A stretch of DNA of 64,000 nt, from assembly GCA_947085375.1 (NCBI GenBank), contig CAMTWB010000007.1:44261-108260 (forward strand). Reading direction: 5' to 3'. The notes below the pieces were generated by a model, which saw only the letters and a program-made list of their open reading frames with translations, did not search any database and was not told where the DNA came from. The stretch comes from an uncultured delta proteobacterium. GTDB taxonomy: Bacteria; Desulfobacterota; Syntrophia; Syntrophales; CAMTWB01. The position numbers were made by a program, and so were the translations under genes. Shown one piece after another: positions 9,594 through 17,548 of the stretch (position 1 is its first letter; each line of letters starts with the position of its first letter).

Positions 9594-11951
9594 TCAAGCC
9601 CTAAATGGGTTCGGACCCATTTCCTTCAGCTCTTTGAGGTATGAATGGATCAGTTCGACATAGGCCCGGGAATCACGGATTTCCAGGTTCGTAAGCCGGA
9701 CCCGCCGGGGGTCCATGATCATGCTCTGCAATTTTGCCTTCAGATCATCCCCTCGGGTTTTGATCAGTTGATTGCCCTTGATATAATGGCACTGGCCGTC
9801 TCTACAGCCGGCGATAAGGACGCCGTCGCTGCCGAAGGCCAGCGCATCGGCAATCAGCGCATTATTCACGGCCCCGATGCAGGGAACGGTAATATGAAAA
9901 ACGTTTAAGGGAATCGACAGACCCAATTCCGCCGCCCGGCGCACCGCCGGGTAGGCGTCGTTGGCGCAGAGAAAGGCCAGGAGCACGGGTTCTTCCCGGG
10001 CCAGAAAAGAGGGCTTGACGGCCCTTACCTGGGCGGCTAGTTGTTCGATGGTGCTGTGCCGCCGGGATACGGCCAAAAGCGGACAGGTTCCCATACAGCC
10101 GCCACATTGCCGACATCTGCCCAAATCCACCTGAGAGAACCCTTCGGCATCGAAAAGGAAGCTGCCAAAGGGGCATTCCTCCATGCAGCGTTTGCACTTG
10201 TCGCATTTGGACAAGTTGAGGACCGGAACGGTCGGTGTGACTTCGATGGTCTCCTGGAGGAAGGGCAGGACATCCAGGGCCGCCTGCTGGGCCGTTTCGA
10301 TCGCACGATCAATTCCCATCGGGCCGCGGCTCGTCCCCCCTACCCGGATCCCCGTCCGCTGACTTTCCTCCGAATGGCAGGGAAGGTGGGATTCGAAGAA
10401 ACCCTCGGCATTTCGGGGGAGTTTCAAAACATCGGCGATCTCACTGGTCCCCTCCGACGGGATCAATCCGCCGGCCAGAACCAGAAGATCAACGGACAAA
10501 TCGAGCTCTTTTCCGCTGAAGGTGTCTTCCACGCGCAGTGCCAGCCGGCCATCCTGCCGCGGCCTTACCACCGCCGGATTCGCCCGGATAAAGAGCACCC
10601 CTTCCAAAGCCTTGACCCGTTGGTACAGCTCTTCACCCAAGCCAGGCGTCCTTATATCCTGATAGAAGATATAACAGCGCACCGCGGGGTTTTTCTCTTT
10701 CAGCGCCAGGACCTGCTTGAGCGTCACGGAACAACAGACGGCGGAGCAGTAATCGAGGTGTCGCTCATCCCGACTCCCAGCGCATTGGATAAAGCCGACC
10801 TCACGGATTTCCCCCGGCAAGGCATCCTGTTGTTCCATCTCCAGGTTGCTGATTACATTTGGATAACGGCCGTAGCCATACTCCTCTACCTTAGCCAGCG
10901 CGTAGGGATCCCAACCGGTGGTCACCAGCATTGCCCCAACCCGAAAAGTGAGCTCTGTGGGCGGTTGATCCAGCAGCACGGCGGCGCTGGGGCAGGCCTT
11001 TTCGCACTTTCGGCAATGGGGCGGGCATAAAGGGCGTGCGATTACATAGGCGGTGGGAAAATTAAGCGGCCAGGGTGGGCTAATGGCGCACTTCCGGAAG
11101 GTTGACTCGCAAACTGTCTCCGGGGCGTGCTGACATCCGTACGGACCTGAGGTCTCTTCCGGAAGGACCACCGGACAGACCTTCCGGCATTCCCCGCAGG
11201 CGTTGCACCGCTCTTCATCCACATAACGGGGGGCCTTTAAGACCCGAACGAAAAAGTTGCCCGGTCCGCCCTCGACCGCCACCACCCGGGAAAGGGTATG
11301 AATTTCTACCGATTTGGTCTTTCGTATCTTTTGGATGATGAAATCTAGTCCGCAATGGGGGTCACAGATCCGCGGATAGAGCCGCCCAAGCTCTGCCACC
11401 TTCCCGCCCACCGCACTTTGCTGTTCGATGAGATAGACCTTTTTTTTGGCCTGAGCCAAGGCCGCGACGGCGTGCAGACCGGCGGTCCCGCCACCTACGA
11501 CGAGGACTGCATCTGTTCCCGGCAGGCAAAGCGGCTCGAGCGGTTCCAGGAGCCGGGTACGCGCCAGGGACATCTGAATCAGGATCATGGCCTTCTGGGT
11601 CTGAAGCTCACGGAGGTCTTTCTCATGATAAATTCCCTGTTCCCGCAGATCGCACCACTCCTGCAGGTAAGGATTGAGTCCTGCGGCAGCCAGATCCGAT
11701 TCCCAGTTTCTCCTCTGTTCCGGGGAGAATCTTCCCACCCAGAGGATGCGGTTGAACATTCCCTGCTGGTACTTCGCAATGATGTCTTCCCGATTTTTCC
11801 CGGCCCCTCCCCCCGGCAATACCTCGCAGCAGGAGACATTTTTGGCGCGTGAAAACCTGGGAACAAGGGCCGCAAGATCAACGGACTGTGAGAGCTCATC
11901 TCCTTCATTTGCGAAAAATATCGCGATTTTAGGAGTAACTTTCAAGCTCAA
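9594..11951 (-). CDS. HdrA/QmoB-like FAD- and FeS-flavoprotein with a C-terminal MvhD-like domain
   Basis: Contains GxGxxG (VVGGGTAGL) and four 4Fe-4S motifs (CNACGECRKVCP, CRKCEKACP, CDKCKRCMEECP, CRQCGGCMGTCP). The C-terminal block resembles MvhD/FlpD. The start is uncertain: the ORF-track ATG at 12017 overlaps the aprB-like gene by 70 nt. I favour TTG at 11951 or 11945, which overlaps the aprB-like stop. Confidence 0.7.
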   Translation of the reverse strand: MSLKVTPKIAIFFANEGDELSQSVDLAALVPRFSRAKNVSCCEVLPGGGAGKNREDIIAKYQQGMFNRILWVGRFSPEQRRNWESDLAAAGLNPYLQEWCDLREQGIYHEKDLRELQTQKAMILIQMSLARTRLLEPLEPLCLPGTDAVLVVGGGTAGLHAVAALAQAKKKVYLIEQQSAVGGKVAELGRLYPRICDPHCGLDFIIQKIRKTKSVEIHTLSRVVAVEGGPGNFFVRVLKAPRYVDEERCNACGECRKVCPVVLPEETSGPYGCQHAPETVCESTFRKCAISPPWPLNFPTAYVIARPLCPPHCRKCEKACPSAAVLLDQPPTELTFRVGAMLVTTGWDPYALAKVEEYGYGRYPNVISNLEMEQQDALPGEIREVGFIQCAGSRDERHLDYCSAVCCSVTLKQVLALKEKNPAVRCYIFYQDIRTPGLGEELYQRVKALEGVLFIRANPAVVRPRQDGRLALRVEDTFSGKELDLSVDLLVLAGGLIPSEGTSEIADVLKLPRNAEGFFESHLPCHSEESQRTGIRVGGTSRGPMGIDRAIETAQQAALDVLPFLQETIEVTPTVPVLNLSKCDKCKRCMEECPFGSFLFDAEGFSQVDLGRCRQCGGCMGTCPLLAVSRRHSTIEQLAAQVRAVKPSFLAREEPVLLAFLCANDAYPAVRRAAELGLSIPLNVFHITVPCIGAVNNALIADALAFGSDGVLIAGCRDGQCHYIKGNQLIKTRGDDLKAKLQSMIMDPRRVRLTNLEIRDSRAYVELIHSYLKELKEMGPNPFRA

Positions 11952-12274
11952 TCGAGGCTTCCCCGGTTGATATAATGAAACCGCTCCACCTTGCCGTTCA
12001 GGTCGATTAGCGTCCAAGTTATGCTGTTAGTCCCCATCAGGGGGATCAGTTTCGCCTGATGATAGCCGATCTGATAGGGAACCCTGGTCTCCAGCGCCCC
12101 CTTGGGGCAGATCTTGACACAGGACATGCAGTCCCAGCAGTCCCGGGGCATCCGGCAGCGGGCCTTTTTATCCTCGCCCAGCGTGAAAAGATCGCCCGGG
12201 CAGATCTGTTCACAGAGGGGTTCGTTTTCCGCCTTGCAACCATCACATTTTTCACGATCCACTTTGGGTGGCAT
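11948..12274 (-). CDS. AprB-like 2x[4Fe-4S] ferredoxin subunit (short form)
   Basis: 108 aa. The motifs KCDGCKA...CEQICPGDL and DCWDCMSCVKICPKGA follow the AprB pattern. It appears to lack the extended C-terminal tail of canonical AprB. Confidence 0.65.
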   Translation of the reverse strand: MPPKVDREKCDGCKAENEPLCEQICPGDLFTLGEDKKARCRMPRDCWDCMSCVKICPKGALETRVPYQIGYHQAKLIPLMGTNSITWTLIDLNGKVERFHYINRGSLD

Positions 12275-12299
12275 CTCTGTCCTCCTTATTTAAATCAGC

Positions 12300-14057
12300 T
12301 TACCCCTTCGTCCGATCCCCAGCAACAAGCTGTTCGTAGGACCGGGTAAATACCTTCACCTCGCCGGACAGGGGATCCCGGCGGCTTTCGATAAAACAAT
12401 CAAGATCAGGGTTGACCTCGGGATAGTCCATCCTCGTCTGCCAGCCCTCCCAGCGGGTTTCCTTGCGGTAGATCAGATGGTGCAGCAGGACCTCGGCCAC
12501 GCTCAGGCGGTCGATAACCTCATGAACATTCAGTAGATCATGGAGGTCTGAGGCAAAAAGGTATCTAGTCTGGTCTTGAAGCACCTTGACCTGTTTTAAG
12601 GCGTGCTCTAGGCGTTCCTCGTTCATCCGGTAAAACTGACTTACGCCCCCGGCATACTCGTCCATGAGCCGCTGCAGCCGCTCCTCCATCTCCACTGCGG
12701 TAACCCCGTCAAAAGCGCCTCCTCGCAGTAGCGGGGCAAAGACCCGCTCCTTTTCCCGGTCGATCTGGTCGGCAGGTGGCGCCGGTAAGGAGACGCCCAT
12801 CAAATATTCCAAGGCGCCCCGCGCGGCAATCCGGCCTTCCGTAGCGCATCCGCCGACAAACTTGTTGGGACTGCCGCCGGCGGCCTCGCCGGCGGCGAAA
12901 AGGCCGGGGATGGTACTCATTCTTTTAATATCGACCCAGTAGCCGCTGCCGGTGTGTCCCCCGACAATGTAGGGATCACTGCCGAATATTTCCACCGGCT
13001 CCTTGGTGATGTCGATCCCGTTGCTGGCCAGAAACAACACAAATGATGGGCGTTCGTTGAGGAGATCTTCCCGCAGTTCTTTCGACTCCTCCGAGCTCAA
13101 CCTTGTTGTATCAACATAGGTAGGGGCACGACCCTCGAGCCATTCCGTCATCGGGGCGTTGAGGCGCAAAAACCGCGGCGCCTTTTCCCCTCCAAGGTGG
13201 GCGTAACGATCGGCCATGATCTTCTCCCCCCTGCCGTTGATCATCAGGCAGCCATATCCTACGGCGAGGGTATCGACCGGTCCGCAGAAGTCCTTCGTCC
13301 GAATGGCCACCCATCTTTGTTCCAGCGAGGTCATCTCCGCGCCCGCCCGTATCCCAATGGCGTACCCACTGCCTACATTGAAGGGGCACATCCAGGTCTG
13401 ATGGTGCGAGCCCGTATAATCGGTCACCGGAGAGCGGTAGATGCCGCAGGCTCCGCCGGTGGCGACAATGGTGGCTTTCGCTTGAAATACGTATAATTTT
13501 CCGTCCCGCACCCCAAGACCAAAAGCCCCGACGCAGCGGTCACCAGCCATTAAGAGATTCGTCGCCGCGACGCGATTGTAAACCTGGGCGCCGGCCTCCA
13601 TCGCCTTTTCGGCCATAATCGGTTTGAGCTGCTCCCCCTGGATCGAGATGTCCCAGCGCCCCCGGAGCTTGTAGTACCCCTCGTCATCGCGGACAATGGG
13701 CAGCCCCCACTCCTCGAGCATTTCCACCGACTCGTTTAAGAGCTCCGCATTGCTCAGCACCAGGTCTTCCCGGATCGGGCCTCCGCCTAGTTGTGCGCGT
13801 CCCCAGCGAACTAGGCTTTCTGGTGTCTCACCCCGATCTTCCCGGATATAGGTGTTAATGGCGTCCATGCCAGCGGCGGTCGCGCCGCTGCGACTGATCT
13901 GCGCCTTTTCCATAATGGTTACCTTCAGGGCGGGGTTTTGGGTTTTGGCCTCGTAAGCGGCAAAGCAACCCGCATTTCCGCCGCCGATAATCAGCAGGTC
14001 GGTTTCGATGATCTCGGTCTTAATATCGTTGAGCGTTGTAATACCCTTGTTCTCCAT
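12300..14057 (-). CDS. AprA-like FAD flavoprotein (divergent adenylylsulfate-reductase alpha-type subunit)
   Basis: The start is trimmed to the ATG at 14057 (MENKGI...), behind GAAGGAG. It has an FAD fold (LLIIGGGNAGC) and Apr-like blocks: RSGATAAGMDAINTY, EEWGLPI, ATGGACGIY, GAEMTSLEQRW, KETRWEGWQTRMDYPE. Confidence 0.7.
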   Translation of the reverse strand: MENKGITTLNDIKTEIIETDLLIIGGGNAGCFAAYEAKTQNPALKVTIMEKAQISRSGATAAGMDAINTYIREDRGETPESLVRWGRAQLGGGPIREDLVLSNAELLNESVEMLEEWGLPIVRDDEGYYKLRGRWDISIQGEQLKPIMAEKAMEAGAQVYNRVAATNLLMAGDRCVGAFGLGVRDGKLYVFQAKATIVATGGACGIYRSPVTDYTGSHHQTWMCPFNVGSGYAIGIRAGAEMTSLEQRWVAIRTKDFCGPVDTLAVGYGCLMINGRGEKIMADRYAHLGGEKAPRFLRLNAPMTEWLEGRAPTYVDTTRLSSEESKELREDLLNERPSFVLFLASNGIDITKEPVEIFGSDPYIVGGHTGSGYWVDIKRMSTIPGLFAAGEAAGGSPNKFVGGCATEGRIAARGALEYLMGVSLPAPPADQIDREKERVFAPLLRGGAFDGVTAVEMEERLQRLMDEYAGGVSQFYRMNEERLEHALKQVKVLQDQTRYLFASDLHDLLNVHEVIDRLSVAEVLLHHLIYRKETRWEGWQTRMDYPEVNPDLDCFIESRRDPLSGEVKVFTRSYEQLVAGDRTKG

Positions 14058-14168
14058 GCTAGGCTCCTTCTTTTTGGTGAGAATTTTAATATCTGTGCGG
14101 GGCAAATGGTATCAGCCAGGCGATAGAGTGTAAAAAAGATCGTGATTTGCGCGCTCGGCCCGCCGCCG

Positions 14169-15659
14169 TCAGGTCTTTTTCATCGTCCCCAAGGTGGTCT
14201 TGACGATCACATAACCGGTAATGGCCATCAAGAGCATGGCCACGGGACGGGTGAGGAACATATAGGAGTTATGCTGCGAGGCGATGATCACCTGCTGGAG
14301 CGATGTTTCCCACATCGGGGCCAGAATGAAACCGATGATGAAGCAGATGTGGTTGAAATCGAACTTCTTCATGAAGTAGGCGACAAAGGCGAAAAACAGC
14401 ATCGTGCTGACTTCAAATACGGACATGCCGGCCAGATAAGAGCCGACGAGGCAGGTTAGGATAACGATCGGAAAAAGGATCGCGGGGGGTGTCTGCACGA
14501 CCCTGCAAAACATCTTCAAACCGGCGACCCCAGTAATGAGGAGAAAGATATTGGCCACAATCAGACTGCCGTAGATCGAGTAGATGAACTGCGCGTTCTT
14601 TTCAAACATCAACGGTCCCGGGATCATGCCGTGGATCACAAACGCGCCGATGAGGAGCGCCGCGGCAACGTTCCCCGGAATCCCCAGCGTGAACAGCGGG
14701 ATGAGGCTGCCGCCGACGACTGCGCTGTTGGCCGATTCGGAGGCGGCGATACCCTCAATCCTGCCTTTTCCAAACTCTTCCGGATGTTTGGACCTTTTCT
14801 TCTCCTGGTCGTAGGCAAAAAACGAGGCAACCGGGGCGCCGAGGCCGGGCAGCGCGCCGACTACGGTGCCGAAAATTGAGGAACGAAAAAGCGTCTTTAG
14901 GCAACCGCGGTACTCGGCCCAGGAAACACGGTTGTCCTCCGGTTTGGCGGAAAACGAGATGGTGCCGCCGCTGGCGCCCATCCGGATATGGCGTTCCAGT
15001 TGGATGATGATTTCAGAAAAGGCCAGCATCCCAATCCCGATCGGGATAAGAGAGAAGCCCTTTTCCAACTGATAGATTCCGAAGGTCAGCCGAGGCAGCG
15101 CCGATACGGAGTCCATGCCCACGGAACCGACCAGTATGCCAAAGGCGGCAGCGACGAGACCCCGGGCGAGCGACTTGCTTCCCACGCCAGCAATGATCGT
15201 CATTGCGACACAAATCAGCGCAAATATCTCCGGCGGCCCCATGTAGAGTGCGACCGCCGCCAGCGGCGCCGCCACCATAATCAGCACCAGCGTTGAAAAG
15301 GCATCCCCTGAGACCGAGGCGTAGAGCGCCATCAGCAGCGCTTTTTTCCCCTTGCTCTGTCTGGCCAAGGGAAATCCGTCCCAGGTGGTCGCGGCGGCTT
15401 CAGGTGTGCCCGGCGTGTTCATCAGAATGCCGGAGATGGACCCCCCGAAAAAGGCGCCCTTGTTGAGGCCAACCAGAAAACTGATGGCTGACACCGGAGA
15501 CATATAATAGGATAGGGGAATGCAAAGTGCGATGGCCATCGGACCGTTGATACCGGGAATGGCCCCTGCAATTGTACCCAAGATGACGCCCAGCAACACG
15601 AACAACAGGTTGAGAGGGTGGAGCGAATCGGTAAGCCCGGCGATGATGATCTCTAGCAT
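14169..15659 (-). CDS. tctA: Tripartite tricarboxylate transporter large permease
   Basis: About 496-aa polytopic membrane protein. The start is trimmed to MLEIIIAGL (ATG at 15659), which avoids overlap with tctB. Confidence 0.85.
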   Translation of the reverse strand: MLEIIIAGLTDSLHPLNLLFVLLGVILGTIAGAIPGINGPMAIALCIPLSYYMSPVSAISFLVGLNKGAFFGGSISGILMNTPGTPEAAATTWDGFPLARQSKGKKALLMALYASVSGDAFSTLVLIMVAAPLAAVALYMGPPEIFALICVAMTIIAGVGSKSLARGLVAAAFGILVGSVGMDSVSALPRLTFGIYQLEKGFSLIPIGIGMLAFSEIIIQLERHIRMGASGGTISFSAKPEDNRVSWAEYRGCLKTLFRSSIFGTVVGALPGLGAPVASFFAYDQEKKRSKHPEEFGKGRIEGIAASESANSAVVGGSLIPLFTLGIPGNVAAALLIGAFVIHGMIPGPLMFEKNAQFIYSIYGSLIVANIFLLITGVAGLKMFCRVVQTPPAILFPIVILTCLVGSYLAGMSVFEVSTMLFFAFVAYFMKKFDFNHICFIIGFILAPMWETSLQQVIIASQHNSYMFLTRPVAMLLMAITGYVIVKTTLGTMKKT

Positions 15660-15687
15660 AAGTTGCTCCCGTCGTTGATACACCGGC

Positions 15688-16167
15688 TCATGGCATCGGA
15701 ACCCCAAGCCCGTAACGCATGACCGCATACAATATGAACACGGAAGCGACGGCGGTGACCACCGCCGCAACCGGTTTTCGCTGCCCGCAGAGGTATTGAA
15801 TAAGCAGCATGAAGACCAGCCCCGCCGGGATGAACCCCAGCCAATTCATCGCGGGCATCAAGAGGGCGCTTGGGAACATGAAGCGGGCAAGATGCCATAA
15901 ATGTACCCGGTCTTCCCGATATCCGTCGCTGGACGGTCTCTGTTCGTCAATTTTGGCTACCTCCACCCGACCGGACCAGAGATTGCGCCCCAGCGACAAA
16001 AGAGAGAGCACCAGCATGATGCCCACGGTTACACTGGGCACCAGCGCCGCCGATACTCCATACCCCGGATAGGGGGGCGAGTAGGCGGGGATAACCCACA
16101 ATAAAAAAATCAGACTGAATAACGCGATGCCGCCATAGATGATATTTTCTCTCTGCCTGCTCGTCAT
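15688..16167 (-). CDS. tctB: Tripartite tricarboxylate transporter small membrane subunit
   Basis: 159 aa with four hydrophobic segments, located between the tctC-like and tctA genes. Confidence 0.7.
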   Translation of the reverse strand: MTSRQRENIIYGGIALFSLIFLLWVIPAYSPPYPGYGVSAALVPSVTVGIMLVLSLLSLGRNLWSGRVEVAKIDEQRPSSDGYREDRVHLWHLARFMFPSALLMPAMNWLGFIPAGLVFMLLIQYLCGQRKPVAAVVTAVASVFILYAVMRYGLGVPMP

Positions 16168-16192
16168 AATGCTGTTTCCTGCGGGTTTTTAT

Positions 16193-17161
16193 TCACTTCT
16201 TCGTTTCCGCCGCTTCCTGTCGGAAACGCTCGTTGGCCTGCCTCATATAAGACCTGGCGTGATCCCGGCCGAAGGGCTGAGGCCCCATTTTTAGATCCGC
16301 CGTGATGAACTTACGAAACCTGTCATCCTTGGCCAAAATAGCCATCGTCCTTTCCAGCCGCGCCATCACCGCTTCAGGCAACCCCCTTGGCGCTGCCAGC
16401 ACCAGATACATCTCCACAGATTCGTCCCATCCCTGTTCCCGCAAGGTCGGCACATCGGTCAGTTGCGTCAGCCGCTCAGGGGTGGAGGCCGCCAACAACT
16501 TCAGGCGGCCGGATTGGACATACTCAAACAAGATGGCCCCTACATGGCCGATGTCGGCATGACCGCCCATCACGGCTGCGATTACCGAAGGGCCGCCGGT
16601 GCTCGGCATAAGCGCGATATTTACCCCTTCGCTCGCGGCGATGCGCTTGAGCGCGTCCCGGTCGTCGGAGCCCTGAAACATGTAGGTCAGCCCCTTTTTT
16701 TCCTTTTTCGCCCAAGCAAAGGCATCTTTCAAGGTCTTCCAGGGACGGTCAGGAGCACAGATAACCCCGCTTTGGTTGAGTCCCAACATGGATATGAAGT
16801 CAAAATCATCAAATTTGTAGGTTGTTTTCACAAAATGTGGCGAATAGGTAAAGGCCGCCGTTACCGATACCCCCAGGGTGTAGCCATCGGGCTTGGCGGC
16901 ACTTAGTTCCGCCGCCATCACGCTGCCGTGCGATCCGCCTGGGCTATTGGTCACCAGTACCGGTTGTCCCAACTGGTCACTCATCGCCTTTGCCAGCGCG
17001 CGCGTCAGCAAATCAATCTGGGCGCCCGGACCGGTCATCGTAAGCATCTTAATCGGCCGATTCGGGTATTCCGCCGCCAGCGCCGGAGGGGAAACGCACA
17101 CAACGGCAAAAACTCGCCAAATAGGCGCCTTCTTCGCAGGGACGAGTTCCGACTCGTCCAC
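16193..17161 (-). CDS. tctC: TTT periplasmic substrate-binding protein (Bug/TctC family)
   Basis: The Bug-family-like body runs from ...AAEYPNRPIKMLTMTGPGAQ. The ORF-track start at 17473 reads through a repeat element and the ilv leader region. I favour GTG at 17161, which gives a KK-hydrophobic-ALAAE signal peptide. ATG at 17206 is an alternative. Confidence 0.75.
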   Translation of the reverse strand: MDESELVPAKKAPIWRVFAVVCVSPPALAAEYPNRPIKMLTMTGPGAQIDLLTRALAKAMSDQLGQPVLVTNSPGGSHGSVMAAELSAAKPDGYTLGVSVTAAFTYSPHFVKTTYKFDDFDFISMLGLNQSGVICAPDRPWKTLKDAFAWAKKEKKGLTYMFQGSDDRDALKRIAASEGVNIALMPSTGGPSVIAAVMGGHADIGHVGAILFEYVQSGRLKLLAASTPERLTQLTDVPTLREQGWDESVEMYLVLAAPRGLPEAVMARLERTMAILAKDDRFRKFITADLKMGPQPFGRDHARSYMRQANERFRQEAAETKK

Positions 17162-17189
17162 CCCTATGCATAGGCCTTGCCGAAAGGCA

Positions 17190-17262
17190 TAGCATTTTAC
17201 TGCCATGACGAAGCATGGCCCTCCGAAAAACCCCTCTGAATATGTTTCGGAGTCAAGTGGGA
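17190..17262. repeat. Short structured repeat (TTTACnGCCATGACGrAGCATGGCCCTCCGAAAA ... TTTCGGAG); second copy at 29205-29300
   Basis: A core of about 35 nt is shared with 29205-29245. Both copies contain the CCATG-N6-CATGG and CTCCGAAA...TTTCGGAG inverted repeats. Confidence 0.7.
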
Positions 17263-17371
17263 CATAAGCATCCGGAGTTTTAACCGCTTGATCAAAATTG
17301 TCTGCTGCAAAAAAACCTTGACAGCGGGGAATCAAGTTGCTAGGTGTCGAATCAACGTGGAGATTTACCAG

Positions 17372-17455
17372 ATGCTTATGAACCGTGCTTTTGTAAAATA
17401 CATCGCCATAATTATTCTTGGGATAATTATACCCTTGCGCGGAGGGTACTGGTGA
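17372..17455 (+). CDS. Candidate ilv leader peptide (27 aa, MLMNRAFVKYIAIIILGIIIPLRGGYW)
   Basis: GGAG lies 9 nt upstream of the ATG. The peptide has 7 Ile, 3 Leu and 1 Val, with 9 Ile/Leu in an 11-residue stretch. It ends 25 nt before a terminator hairpin and lies upstream of ilvB. Confidence 0.5.
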   Translation: MLMNRAFVKYIAIIILGIIIPLRGGYW

Positions 17456-17479
17456 TGGTTTAGGCTTACACACAATCCT

Positions 17480-17518
17480 AAAAAAAACCGTTGCCAGGGT
17501 CGGCAGCGGTTTTTTTTT
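17480..17518 (+). terminator. Intrinsic terminator/attenuator hairpin (A8-ACCGTTGCC-loop-GGCAGCGGT-T9)
   Basis: 9-bp stem including one G-U pair, followed by a T9 run. It sits 31 nt upstream of the ilvB ATG. Confidence 0.6.
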
Positions 17519-17548
17519 GGCGTAAGTGCTACGAGTTGGGAGGGAGAT

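Noticed and set aside
12300-14057. The flavoprotein could simply be a fumarate reductase/succinate dehydrogenase or L-aspartate oxidase flavoprotein subunit.
   Set aside because: It is followed by an AprB-patterned 2x[4Fe-4S] ferredoxin and a QmoB/HdrA-like protein rather than SdhB/FrdB. Several sequence blocks follow the AprA pattern. This still needs phylogenetic confirmation.
17162-17473. The ORF-track N-terminal extension of tctC (426-aa model).
   Set aside because: The extension translates a repeat element and overlaps the ilv leader and promoter region on the other strand. A signal peptide appears only after the GTG at 17161, and Bug-family proteins are usually about 320 aa.
17480-17518. 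The hairpin could be a plain bidirectional terminator between two genes.
   Set aside because: The flanking operons diverge from this region, so there is nothing to terminate. Combined with the upstream Ile-rich mini-ORF, an attenuator reading fits better.
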